NCBI GenBank assembly: GCA_043753995.1 | Contig: JAYUVP010000098.1 | Coordinates: 24,841 to 88,840, forward strand | Direction: 5' to 3' | Origin: Fibrobacterota bacterium | GTDB lineage: Bacteria; Fibrobacterota; Fibrobacteria; UBA11236 | DNA length: 64,000 nucleotides | Part shown: positions 28,714 through 38,591 of the stretch, piece after piece | Layout of the letters: every line of letters begins with the position of its first letter | How positions within the stretch are numbered: the first letter of the stretch is position 1 | The notes under the pieces: generated by a model | Told to the model about the DNA's origin: nothing | Databases searched by the model: none | The model's input: only the letters and a program-made list of their open reading frames with translations | Program-made: the position numbers and the translations under genes

Positions 28714-31008
28714 ATGACTGCCAAACACAGGTGGACTTTTTTTCGTGCGGGAGGCTTTGATCAGGTCAAGCTCGAAACGGGTGACGACTTGATGAATCTC
28801 GCTTCGCTCGATCAGAAGCTGTGGGTGGCCTTGGCATGTCCGACCAGCGGGCTGGAAATCGACAAGCGCACTCTTGAATTGATTGACAGCGATAACAATG
28901 GTCGCGTGCGTGTGAGAGAGCTGATTGCCGCTGTGCAATTCGCCGGGCAAAGCGTAAAGAATGCCGACGATTTGCTCAAGGGCGAAATGAGCCTGCCCTT
29001 GGCTTCGATACAAGACGGCACGGCGGAAGGCAAAACCCTGCTGTCCTCGGCCAAACAAATCTTGCATCATATCGGCAAAAGCGACGCAAAGACGATTTCG
29101 GTGGAAGATGTTTCGGACAAGGCTCGCATTTTCGCGAATACCGCCTTCAATGGCGATGGCGTCATCACCGAGGCCTCAACGGAAGACGATGCGACCAAGC
29201 GATTGTTTGGCGAAATCATGGATTGTCTTGGAAGTGTGACGGATTTATCAGGAAAGCCGGGTATTGATGCCGCCAAGGTCGATGCTTTTTTCGCGGAGGT
29301 AAAGTCCTATGGGGAATGGCATGCCCAGGCCGAAGCCGATGCCGCAACGATATGGCCTTTGGGACAGGAGAAGACGGCGCAGGCAGCAGGAGCCATAGCG
29401 GCGGTGAAGCGCAAGGTCGATGACTATTTCGGACGTTGCCGCCTGGCGGCTTTTGATCCGCGCACCGCCTCCTTGCTCAATCGCAAGGAAGAAGAATATC
29501 AGGCTATCACCAGTCAGGATTTGAGTTTTACCGTGAACGAAGTCGCAGCCTTCCCTCTGGCTGCCGTTGCTGCGGGCAAGCCCTTGTCTTTAGCAACGGG
29601 CCTCAATCCCGCCCATGCCGCCGCCGTAGCCGACCTGGTGGAAAAGGCCATCACGCCCTTGCTCGGATCGCGAACGCAATTGACCGAAGCGGATTGGGTG
29701 GCCCTGCTTGCGAAAATCGCTCCCTATCAAGCTTGGGAATCACAAAAGGCCTGTCCGCATGTCGAAAAACTTGGGCATACCCGCCTGCTGGAAATCGCAG
29801 CAGGCCAAGGCCGAGCCGCTTTGTCGGATTTGATCGCGCGCGATATGGCCTTGGAAGCTGAATTCAAAAGCATCGAGAAAGTCGAAAAGCTGGTGCGCTA
29901 TTATCGCGACTTGCGCTTGCTTTGCACGAATTTCGTGAACTTCAAGGATTTTTACGACGGTCAGGATCCTGCGATTTTTCAATGCGGCACCCTGTATCTC
30001 GATCAGCGCGCCTGCCACCTATGCCTGCGTGTCGAGGATCCGGTCCGACATGCCGCCATGGCGGGTCTGGCGGGAGCCTACCTGACTTATCTCGATTGTG
30101 TCAGCAAGTCGACCTCGGAAAAAATGCAAATCGTGGCTGCCTTCACATCCGGAGATTCAGACAATTTGATGGTGGGCCGCAATGGCCTTTTCTATGATCG
30201 CCAAGGCCTGGATTGGGATGCGACCATAGTCAAAATCATCGATAATCCCATCAACATTGGCCAGGCTTTTTGGTCGCCCTATAAGAAATTCGTGCGCTAT
30301 CTCGAAGAGCAGGTGAATAAGCGCGCGGCTGCCGCGGACGCCGAGTCGCACAATCAACTCGCTGCTACCGCGGTGACCGCCGTGAACGTGGACAAAACCA
30401 AACCGCCCGTAGTTCCGAAAAAGTTGGACGTGGGAACTGTAGCTGCCATTGGCGTAGCCGCAGGTGCCATTGGCACTTTTTTCACCGCCATGGTGGGCTA
30501 TGCCACCGGCATTTTCAAGCTGGGCCTTTTGCCCACGGTCGGTGCTTTGATTGGCGTGCTGCTTCTCATTTCGACGCCTTCGGTGATCATGGCCTATGTG
30601 AAGCTTCGCAAGCGCAACCTGGGTCCCATCCTCGATGCCAATGGCTGGGCCGTGAATGCCAAGGCGAAGATCAATGTGCCCTTCGGAGCTACGCTTAGCA
30701 GCACGGCCAAATTACCGCCTGGTTCGCGCCGCGATTCGAGCGATCCCTATGCCGAAAAGGGCCTGCCCTGGAAGCGCCTGGCCCTGGCGACCGTGTTATT
30801 ATATGGCTGCTACCGATATTACACCGGCAGTCTGGATCGGGTCTTGCCCGCGGCTGCTCGTTCCGTCAAGGTGCTGGGCAAATGGTCTCCTAAGGCGGAG
30901 AAGGCTCCGGCAGCCGTGCCCGCGCCAGTGAAGGACGCGAACGTTCCCGCACCTGCGGCGGCTTCGGAATCGGCCCCCGAAGTGGCACCAGCGGCGACAA
31001 CTCCCTGA
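28714..31008 (+). CDS. Uncharacterised membrane-anchored protein with EF-hand-like motif
   Basis: 764 aa with GGAGG SD. DSDNNGRVRVRE motif, helical middle, C-terminal TM helices and an Ala/Pro tail. Confidence 0.75.
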   Translation: MTAKHRWTFFRAGGFDQVKLETGDDLMNLASLDQKLWVALACPTSGLEIDKRTLELIDSDNNGRVRVRELIAAVQFAGQSVKNADDLLKGEMSLPLASIQDGTAEGKTLLSSAKQILHHIGKSDAKTISVEDVSDKARIFANTAFNGDGVITEASTEDDATKRLFGEIMDCLGSVTDLSGKPGIDAAKVDAFFAEVKSYGEWHAQAEADAATIWPLGQEKTAQAAGAIAAVKRKVDDYFGRCRLAAFDPRTASLLNRKEEEYQAITSQDLSFTVNEVAAFPLAAVAAGKPLSLATGLNPAHAAAVADLVEKAITPLLGSRTQLTEADWVALLAKIAPYQAWESQKACPHVEKLGHTRLLEIAAGQGRAALSDLIARDMALEAEFKSIEKVEKLVRYYRDLRLLCTNFVNFKDFYDGQDPAIFQCGTLYLDQRACHLCLRVEDPVRHAAMAGLAGAYLTYLDCVSKSTSEKMQIVAAFTSGDSDNLMVGRNGLFYDRQGLDWDATIVKIIDNPINIGQAFWSPYKKFVRYLEEQVNKRAAAADAESHNQLAATAVTAVNVDKTKPPVVPKKLDVGTVAAIGVAAGAIGTFFTAMVGYATGIFKLGLLPTVGALIGVLLLISTPSVIMAYVKLRKRNLGPILDANGWAVNAKAKINVPFGATLSSTAKLPPGSRRDSSDPYAEKGLPWKRLALATVLLYGCYRYYTGSLDRVLPAAARSVKVLGKWSPKAEKAPAAVPAPVKDANVPAPAAASESAPEVAPAATTP

Positions 31009-31014
31009 AAAAAT

Positions 31015-31043
31015 CGGCGCCTGCAGTTCGCGCGCCGTCTTTT
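31015..31043 (+). terminator. Putative intrinsic terminator
   Basis: cggcgc...gcgccg stem followed by tctttt, just after the 31008 stop. Confidence 0.4.
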
Positions 31044-31065
31044 CAGCTTCGAAAAGCCATACGGT

Positions 31066-31103
31066 GTTACCCCCATGTTTCGGTAACATACAGGATACAT
31101 TTT
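31066..31103 (+). repeat. 38-bp intergenic direct repeat, copy 1 (contains GTTAC-N12-GTAAC)
   Basis: gttacccccatgtttcggtaacatacaggatacatttt; 33/38 identical to 38372-38409. Confidence 0.8.
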
Positions 31104-31215
31104 CGCATTTTTCGGGCTTATTCTTGAGATAATTACGCGATACGCATCCCTGTTAGGTCATATTGGGAAAGCTATGCCTTCGGTTGAAGGCGGTACTGGC
31201 TTCTAGGAGCACTCA

Positions 31216-32121
31216 ATGAAAACATGGACTGGACAAAAAAAAATCGTCATGGCGACCTTGGTATTCGTGGCCCTCGGTCTCACCGGATGCCTGACGAACG
31301 ACGATCCAAAATCGAGCGCCGTGCAAATTGCCGATTTGAAAGTGACGCCCAATAGCATTATCGCCGGAGAAGGTGCCTATGTCGAGGGCACCTTGACTTC
31401 TACCAATGCCTTGACCTCGGTCAAGGTGACGATTTGGAAAGGCACGACGGACATGACCCTGGGCAAAGGTTTCACAGTCACCCAAGGTGCCTTGGGCGAT
31501 GCGAAGAAAGCCTGGAGCCTGAAATCGGATGGTAATGTGCGTGTTACGGTAGGTGGGGCGGCGGCCACGGGGGAATACACCGTCAAGGTGAGCGCCTTTG
31601 CGGGTATTGATTCGACAAGTGCTACAGCGACGCTTACCGTGACGGGAAAAGCCGTCACCACCCAGGAAATCGTTTTAGGATCCAATAAAAATGCCTTGGG
31701 TGGCTCGGTGGATTTGGACGCGATGCTGGTGTACTTGCACGCGGATGCTAAGGCCATTTCCGGAAAAATCGATCTCTATTATGCCCATTCGGTTACGGGC
31801 GGGGACCGGCTTTTCACTCCGGCCCAAGCCAAGGTGAGCGGTTTCGGCGTGGAAACCAATGGCCCTGCAACTTGGACGGTGGCCAATGATACCGAGTTTC
31901 GCGAATTGATTTTGAGCGAAAGCGCTTTTGCGGCTATCACAACGCAAGAATCCATCGACGCGCTTTGGGCGGGAGCGACTGCTATTACCAGTGGCGGCGA
32001 TGCCGTATCCGAAGGTGCCACCTATATCGTGAATACTGAGATGGCGAAAAAGGTTTTGATTCGGGTTACCGCTATAACGGCGGGAGATGCCGGGACCTTG
32101 ACCGTCAAAGGCACCAAGTAA
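31216..32121 (+). CDS. Hypothetical lipoprotein (Ig-like N-terminal domain)
   Basis: LGLTGC lipobox, AGGAG SD, beta-rich sequence with an IDLYY motif. Confidence 0.75.
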   Translation: MKTWTGQKKIVMATLVFVALGLTGCLTNDDPKSSAVQIADLKVTPNSIIAGEGAYVEGTLTSTNALTSVKVTIWKGTTDMTLGKGFTVTQGALGDAKKAWSLKSDGNVRVTVGGAAATGEYTVKVSAFAGIDSTSATATLTVTGKAVTTQEIVLGSNKNALGGSVDLDAMLVYLHADAKAISGKIDLYYAHSVTGGDRLFTPAQAKVSGFGVETNGPATWTVANDTEFRELILSESAFAAITTQESIDALWAGATAITSGGDAVSEGATYIVNTEMAKKVLIRVTAITAGDAGTLTVKGTK

Positions 32122-32142
32122 AAACTCGAGGTTGGTCTGCTC

Positions 32143-33057
32143 ATGACTTCAAAAGCTCGCAATATTATTCAAGTGGCTTGGACGCTTTTACGAGACACTT
32201 ATAACAGTTGGAGTGCAGACAAAGCGTCGCGGCTAGCCGCGGCGCTTTCCTATTACACCATTTTTTCGATCGCTCCCTTATTGATCCTGGTCATCGCCAT
32301 CGCAGGATGGGTTTTCAATAAAGAAGCGGCTAGTACTCGAATATTTGACCAAGTTCACTCCTTGGTGGGTGAAGATGGGGCTTCCATCATCAAAACCATG
32401 GTCGAAAGCGCAGGAAAATCAGAGAGCACTTTTTTTGCCACCGCAATTGGGATCATCGCCTTGCTTATCGGTGCGTCGGGGGCATTTATCCAACTTCAAG
32501 ACGCATTAAATTCAATCTGGGGTGTGCAAGCCAAGCATGGCCACGGCCTCTTGATTTTTATTCAAAAGCGCCTGCTTTCTTTTTCCATGGTCTTGGTGAT
32601 CGGCTTCATGCTTTTGGTCAGCTTGGTGCTCAGCGCCATCCTGGCGGGCATGGGCCAATTTTTGAATCGGGTTTTGCCATTTCCCGAAGTCTTGCTGCAA
32701 ATTTTCAATTTCGTGATTTCCTTTGGGGTCACGGCATTGCTCTTCACCTTGATTTTCAAGGTTTTGCCGGATGTCCTCGTGAAATGGAAAGACGTTTGGG
32801 TGGGCGGGGTCGTCACTGCCCTTCTCTTCTCCCTGGGCCGGTATTTGATAGGCCTGTATTTAGGTCGTGGAAGCGTGAGTTCGGCCTATGGCGCCGCGGG
32901 GTCCTTCGTCATTGTGCTTGTATGGATTTATTACTCCTCGCAAATTCTTTTATTTGGAGCCGAATTCACCAAGGTCTATGCCAATCGAGGAGGCGAGTCG
33001 GTTCAGCCTTCGCTCCATGCCGAGGTTGCTCCTGAGGTGATTCCGGCGAGCCATTAA
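32143..33057 (+). CDS. YihY/virulence factor BrkB family membrane protein
   Basis: LAAALSYYTIFSIAP, LQDALNSIW and YGAAGSFVIVLVWIYYSSQILLFGAEF motifs. Confidence 0.92.
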   Translation: MTSKARNIIQVAWTLLRDTYNSWSADKASRLAAALSYYTIFSIAPLLILVIAIAGWVFNKEAASTRIFDQVHSLVGEDGASIIKTMVESAGKSESTFFATAIGIIALLIGASGAFIQLQDALNSIWGVQAKHGHGLLIFIQKRLLSFSMVLVIGFMLLVSLVLSAILAGMGQFLNRVLPFPEVLLQIFNFVISFGVTALLFTLIFKVLPDVLVKWKDVWVGGVVTALLFSLGRYLIGLYLGRGSVSSAYGAAGSFVIVLVWIYYSSQILLFGAEFTKVYANRGGESVQPSLHAEVAPEVIPASH

Positions 33058-33212
33058 TCCCATTATGGCTCATTGTTATAGGTGTTGTTTCGAAGTTTGA
33101 GTTGTAGCCCCATACGACGGGTATAGGGTTTCGATGCAGTAAGTAATTTGATTTGCGGATTCGCATTCCTTTTTAGCGAAAACAAACACAAATTGTTACT
33201 GAGGATTCGAAA

Positions 33213-33833
33213 ATGAAGAATTTTGCATTACCCTGCATGCCGAAATGGACTCCGTTCCTTGCTTTGACCTTGCTCTGGATTGCCGGAATAACCTCCGTAG
33301 CCCCGGCCCAGAACGCACCGGAAGGGCTGTTGCCTGTGCACGAAGCCTATTCCAACGGGGATTTCGAAGTAGTGCTCACTCGCATCGAGGCTTATCAGAA
33401 GCGTCATCGTAGCCTTAGCCTGTCGGATTCGATTTTCATCGCCAAGCATTTGGCCGTGGTTTATGCCTCCAACCCCCAAACGCGCGAAAAAGGCCGTTAT
33501 TACATGTTCCGTATGCTGGAAATGAACCCTTCCGCCGATTTAGTGGACATGTTCATCAGTCAAGATTTGGATGAAACCTTTGAAAAAGTGCGAAAAGAAT
33601 TTTTAGTGAGACAAAATCGCTCGCAAGGCGTCAAAACCATACATGCCCCTCCGCCCAAGCCTGAAAAAGGTGAACGAACCATACCCCTTCCCGTTGCTAA
33701 GGCGGCTCCCAAACCAAGCAGCAAAACCTGGCTTTGGGTTGCAGGAGGAGCTGCTGTTGCGGCGGGTGCCGTGACGGCTTATTACTTGACTCTCGATCAT
33801 CCGTCAGAAGGCAAAAACATTCCCCTGGACTAA
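33213..33833 (+). CDS. Hypothetical secreted TPR-like protein with C-terminal hydrophobic anchor
   Basis: Signal peptide, helical EAYSNGDFE..KHLAVVY segment, Pro linker and WLWVAGGAAVAAG. Confidence 0.7.
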   Translation: MKNFALPCMPKWTPFLALTLLWIAGITSVAPAQNAPEGLLPVHEAYSNGDFEVVLTRIEAYQKRHRSLSLSDSIFIAKHLAVVYASNPQTREKGRYYMFRMLEMNPSADLVDMFISQDLDETFEKVRKEFLVRQNRSQGVKTIHAPPPKPEKGERTIPLPVAKAAPKPSSKTWLWVAGGAAVAAGAVTAYYLTLDHPSEGKNIPLD

Positions 33834-33867
33834 AGCCGGCGCCCGCTAAACCTTAAGAGATCGCATC

Positions 33868-36800
33868 ATGAAATTCGAAGCCCCAGTTAAAAAAGCCATT
33901 CTATCCGCAGCATCTCTGCTGATCCTCATGCTTTTCCCTTTGATACTCCTCTCCTGTTTAGCGAAATCGGAAGACGATACCGTTACCATCAAGGTGAAGC
34001 CGGCTTGGTTGGAATTGGACAGCTTTGAGGTGGTTTGGGTGGACGCCGAGGGAAAAGAGAAAGCGATGCTTTTTCAAGGACCCTTAAAAAACGAATGGAG
34101 CCTCACCGATTTGCCAGGCAAGGGATATAAGGGAGAAGCCGCGGTTTTCATGCTGAGAGGGTATGAGGGCGGCGTCTTGGTTTTCGAGCAAAAGCGCGTT
34201 TTTAATCCGAATACCAATCCGAAAATTACCGTGACGACCTTGCGCGATCCCTGGGCGACTTCCGCCGGGCTTACCCTCGATCCGAAGCGCCTGAACTTAG
34301 TGGTGGGAGAAACCAAGGCCGTCCGTGCGGAAACGAATCCCGAGGAAGCGATCCAATCGGTCACCTGGGAAGCGCGAACTCCGGGCATAGTGGAAATCGT
34401 AAGCAATGCGGCTTCGCCGGGGAATGTCACGGTCAAAGCCTTACAGGCAGGCAGCACGGTGATTCTGGTTCGCGTTTCGACGGATCCCAAACTGGTGGAT
34501 AGTGTAGTGGTCGATGTTTATTCGTCAGCCGACGCCCCTCCCGTCATTGATGCCTTTGGGCCCGATACGGTGATTTCAATTAAGGATAGTGTGATGTTTT
34601 CCGCAGTCTTCCATGCCCGCAATGGGAAGCTGGCTACTTGTACTCTGGACGTGAATAGCGACGGTGTAGCTGAATTTCAAGAGAGCTTGACCGATTCCGC
34701 CCATTCCTTCAAGCGCAGCTTTGCCTATCCCGATACGGGAAACTTTTCGGCATCCTTGACCGTAGTCGATGCCGCCGGTCGAATCAGCCGCGAAACCGCC
34801 CTCATCGGGGTCCGTTTGGATGCGCCTCGAATTGATGCAGGAAACGATACCGGAATCGCAGTTGGCAGTTCTCTTGTATTTGTTGGCAAGGCGACCCAGG
34901 ACTTTGGAACCTTGGTGTCCTACCGTTGGGATTTCAATGGCGACAATACTTGGGATTTCGAATCGACGACCACGGGACAAACCACCCATACCTATGCGTC
35001 CGAAGGCACCTTCGTGGCGGTATTCGAAGTCAAAGATGATGACGGAAACGTTTCTCGTGATACACGCCGCGTGGATGTGGGCAATAAGGCCCCAGCATTC
35101 TCAGCCACCCTGCCTGACACCATCATCACTATCAAGGATGCCATCACCTTCAAAGGACGAGTCGCTGACGGTGACGGCCTCATCACTAAGCTGGAATGGG
35201 ACTTCACAGGGACCGGAACCTTCACCCATGCGACCACGCCCGGTCTCGCCCAGGTCGATTTCTCGGTGGAGCAGGTATTCAATACTCCCTCGGTGATCAA
35301 GGTGGTGGCCCGAGCGACGGATAATGGCGGAAAAACCTGGGATGACACGGTAAGGGTCGAGGTGCTACTCGATGCTCCCAAGGTCAGCGCGGGAGATGAC
35401 GTCTCCATGATCGCGGGTGGCCAGATCACCTTGAATGGCACGGCGACCGATGGCCGTGGCCAAGTGGTTACGACCGAATGGAAAATCGGATCTGGAAACT
35501 TTCTGCAAAGACGTCAGGGCGACACCTCCTTCACCGCCCCGAGCACGCCGCAAATCTTATGGGCCTTATTCCGCGCCACGGACGATGACGGAAATCAAGT
35601 CATGGATTCGGTGAAAGTCACCGTGCGGGCGAGCACGGACAATTTGCTGAAATTGCTGTCGGTGGCTTCCGTGATTTTGTCGCCCACCACCTTCAATTCA
35701 GGGGTCTTCACTTATTCCGGGAGCGTGGCCAATTCCGTGACCTCGGTTTCGATTACCGCTGCCCCTGTGGATCCCACGGCGACCCTCACGGTGAACGGCG
35801 TGGCGGCCACTTCGGGGACGCCAAGCACGGTAAATCTCAGTACCAGTGTTAATGCCATCCCCATTGTGGTGAAAGCCCAGGACGGTTCTGAGGAGACCTA
35901 TACGGTCACCATCACGCGGGCACAGGAGGCGAACAACTCTCTTCTAGCTCTGGCAGTCGCAACGGTCACGCTTGCGCCTTCCACCTTTAATGCGGCGACC
36001 GTGATTTACTCGGGAACGGTGGCCTCGGCCGTGACCTCGGTATCGGTGACCGCGACGACACAAAGTGACTTGGCGACCTTGTCGGTGAATAGTCTGGCAG
36101 CGACTTCGGGGACCGCGAGTACGGTGAATCTCACCACGGGTCCGAATGCCATCCCCATCGTGGTGACAGCTCAGGACGGATCCAAGAAAACCTATACCGT
36201 GAACATTACCCGAGCGCAAGATGCGAATAACTCCTTGCTATCGCTGTCGGTGGCTTCGGTCACACTTGCACCTGCCATCTTTAATGCGGCGACCTTGAAT
36301 TACACAGGGTCGGTAGCCTCTTCGGTGACTTCGGTTTCGGTGACCGCGACGGTGCAAAGTGCGTCAGCAACCATGACGGTAAATGGGACTACCGCCACCT
36401 CGGGGGCCGCGCGCACGGTCAATCTCACCACGGGCCCCAATGCTATTCCCATTGTCGTCACCGCGCAAGACGGAACAACAAAAACCTATACAGTGACCAT
36501 CACCCAACCCGATGCGAATAACGCCTTGCTTTCGCTGTCGGTGGCTTCGGTCACGCTTACGCCTAATATCTTCAATGCGGCGACCTTGAATTACACGGGT
36601 ACGGTGGCTTCTTCGGTGGCTTCGGTCTCGATGACCGCGACCGTGCAAAGTGCCTCGGCGACTCTGACGGTGAATGGGACTACCGCCACCTCGGGGACCG
36701 CGCGCACGGTCAATCTTGTCCCGGGTCCGAATGCCATCCCCATCGTGGTGACGGCACAAGACGGGACAACCCGAACCTATACGGTGACCATCACCCAGCC

Positions 36801-38367
36801 GGATGCGAATAATGCGTTGCTATCGCTGTCGGTGGCTTCGGTCACGCTTGCACCCGCCACCTTCAATGCTGCGACCTTGAGTTATTCTGGGTCGGTGGCT
36901 TCTACCGTGACTTCGGTCTCGGTGACTGCGACGGTGCAAAGTGCGTCGGCGACCCTGTCGATCAATGGATCGGCCACGACATCGGGAACCGCGCGCAGCG
37001 TTACCCTTACCGCCGGTGCGAATGCCATCCCCGTGATAGTGACGGCCCAGAACGGAACCACTCGGACTTATACAGTGACTATCACCCAGCAGGATGGGAA
37101 CAATAATCTCTCGGACCTGACGCCTTCGGTCGGATCCTTCACGTCGCCCTTCTCGCAAAATACGATTGCTTATGACCTGGTCGTTCCTGATGTGAATACC
37201 AGCGTTCGCTTGACACCCACGGCCGCAGCTCCTCTCACCTCAACTATTACGGTCAACACAGTCGCCGTCACTTCGGGAGCCCAATCGGCGGCCCTCGCCT
37301 TGGCTGCAGCACAAATGACTACCGCGACCATTCGAGTGACATCGCAAAGCGGGGTGACCAAAACCTATACGGTGAGGATGCATCGAGGCGGCTGGGTGCA
37401 AGCGGGTGGAGTTACGGGCGCTAGCACGGAAGCCCCCGCCGCCTTGGCATCGCATGAAAACATGGTCTATCATCTGGGGCAAGTCACCCAAACCAGGGTA
37501 GCGACCGTGAAGAGGTTGTCCGGATCCACCTGGGGAGCGGATCCCTCATTTCCGGGATTTTCGCCGCTGGGCGCCAATGCCATGGTGAGCGATGCAACGA
37601 ATTTGTTTATAGTCAGCGCATGGACGGCAACGGCCATCATGCACCGCAAAAATGCCGCCGCAACTTGGTCCAACTCCACGGTGGGGCCCCCCGGCATCGC
37701 CCTGATGGCCGCAGGTGGGAATAACGCCTATTACTTGTACAAGGACAATATCAACAGCACTCCTCATGTGCTCTCTTTCGGTGGAAGCAGCTGGACGGAA
37801 ATCGGAACCTTGCCCTCGGATGCGGACTATGCCGATTTGGCGGCGGGGTCGGATGGAACGCCCTGGGTAGCTCAAAATTCCGGCACCTCACTAGAGGTCA
37901 GGCGCTGGAGCAGTTCCTTATGGACCACGTCGAGTGGCGGGGGCACCAATGCGACTGGAAGTCTGGCCTTTTCCTCCTTTTCATTGGGCATTTGGAATAA
38001 TCTCCCTTATGTCGCCTTTGCCGACGAAGCCAATGGTGGGGGCCTCACCGTGACTCGGGCCTCCAGCGGGGCAGTCTTGGGAACGCGCGCTTTTTCGCCT
38101 AGCGGCCTTGTCGTGTCGGCGTGCCGGGTCTATGGTTCGTCTGGCGTTTTGATCGTTGTCGCGCAAATGCGTGATGCCGCAAGCGCCGCCTATTCCAACT
38201 ATGCCTGGAAGTGGACGGGTTCGGCCTGGGAAATGCTGGGGTCGGGCGCCATATCCACCGGCACGTCCTCCGGATTCACCTCGACCATGCATCAAGGCTT
38301 TCCTTGGATGGGCCAGGTTACGGCTTCCGGAAGTGTCGTCTACCAATACGTCAATACGGCGCCTTGA
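33868..38367 (+). CDS. Large surface lipoprotein: Ig-like, PKD and six cadherin-like beta-sandwich domains, C-terminal propeller-like region
   Basis: LLSC lipobox, YRWDFNGD/EWDFTGTG PKD motifs and repeats ending VTAQDG..KTYTVTIT. Confidence 0.85.
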   Translation: MKFEAPVKKAILSAASLLILMLFPLILLSCLAKSEDDTVTIKVKPAWLELDSFEVVWVDAEGKEKAMLFQGPLKNEWSLTDLPGKGYKGEAAVFMLRGYEGGVLVFEQKRVFNPNTNPKITVTTLRDPWATSAGLTLDPKRLNLVVGETKAVRAETNPEEAIQSVTWEARTPGIVEIVSNAASPGNVTVKALQAGSTVILVRVSTDPKLVDSVVVDVYSSADAPPVIDAFGPDTVISIKDSVMFSAVFHARNGKLATCTLDVNSDGVAEFQESLTDSAHSFKRSFAYPDTGNFSASLTVVDAAGRISRETALIGVRLDAPRIDAGNDTGIAVGSSLVFVGKATQDFGTLVSYRWDFNGDNTWDFESTTTGQTTHTYASEGTFVAVFEVKDDDGNVSRDTRRVDVGNKAPAFSATLPDTIITIKDAITFKGRVADGDGLITKLEWDFTGTGTFTHATTPGLAQVDFSVEQVFNTPSVIKVVARATDNGGKTWDDTVRVEVLLDAPKVSAGDDVSMIAGGQITLNGTATDGRGQVVTTEWKIGSGNFLQRRQGDTSFTAPSTPQILWALFRATDDDGNQVMDSVKVTVRASTDNLLKLLSVASVILSPTTFNSGVFTYSGSVANSVTSVSITAAPVDPTATLTVNGVAATSGTPSTVNLSTSVNAIPIVVKAQDGSEETYTVTITRAQEANNSLLALAVATVTLAPSTFNAATVIYSGTVASAVTSVSVTATTQSDLATLSVNSLAATSGTASTVNLTTGPNAIPIVVTAQDGSKKTYTVNITRAQDANNSLLSLSVASVTLAPAIFNAATLNYTGSVASSVTSVSVTATVQSASATMTVNGTTATSGAARTVNLTTGPNAIPIVVTAQDGTTKTYTVTITQPDANNALLSLSVASVTLTPNIFNAATLNYTGTVASSVASVSMTATVQSASATLTVNGTTATSGTARTVNLVPGPNAIPIVVTAQDGTTRTYTVTITQPDANNALLSLSVASVTLAPATFNAATLSYSGSVASTVTSVSVTATVQSASATLSINGSATTSGTARSVTLTAGANAIPVIVTAQNGTTRTYTVTITQQDGNNNLSDLTPSVGSFTSPFSQNTIAYDLVVPDVNTSVRLTPTAAAPLTSTITVNTVAVTSGAQSAALALAAAQMTTATIRVTSQSGVTKTYTVRMHRGGWVQAGGVTGASTEAPAALASHENMVYHLGQVTQTRVATVKRLSGSTWGADPSFPGFSPLGANAMVSDATNLFIVSAWTATAIMHRKNAAATWSNSTVGPPGIALMAAGGNNAYYLYKDNINSTPHVLSFGGSSWTEIGTLPSDADYADLAAGSDGTPWVAQNSGTSLEVRRWSSSLWTTSSGGGTNATGSLAFSSFSLGIWNNLPYVAFADEANGGGLTVTRASSGAVLGTRAFSPSGLVVSACRVYGSSGVLIVVAQMRDAASAAYSNYAWKWTGSAWEMLGSGAISTGTSSGFTSTMHQGFPWMGQVTASGSVVYQYVNTAP
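35635..37386 (+). repeat. Six tandem intragenic ~291-294-nt repeats (cadherin-like domains)
   Basis: Units begin (A)NN.LL.LSVASVTL. Units 3-5 are near-identical at the nucleotide level; unit 6 is divergent. Confidence 0.9.
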
Positions 38368-38371
38368 GTAG

Positions 38372-38409
38372 GTTACTTCAATGTTTCGGTAACATATAGG
38401 ATACGTTTT
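38372..38409 (+). repeat. 38-bp intergenic direct repeat, copy 2
   Basis: gttacttcaatgtttcggtaacatataggatacgtttt; matches 31066-31103. Confidence 0.8.
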
Positions 38410-38591
38410 GGAGGTTTGAAATCGACTTCCAACGGCGTTTTTTCCCGAAAAGGCGCCTGCGGCTTAGGGGTCTTGTCAGAAGAGAGGTCCGGGGACCCTC
38501 TCTAGGGTGTTGGGTTGGGGGCGCCATCTGAAGTGGCTTCTAGGGCTATCTTTACAGGCGCACTATTGGCCTCACCTTTCAGGAAATCGGC

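Noticed and set aside
31066-31103. Repeat as a Xer dif/pdif site or integron attC
   Set aside because: It lacks the conserved XerD arm TTATGTTAAAT and the attC RYYYAAC...GTTRRRY hairpin layout.
35635-37386. Tandem repeats as a CRISPR array or DGR template
   Set aside because: They are in-frame ~97-aa coding domains with no spacers, cas genes or reverse transcriptase, and the differences are not adenine-specific.
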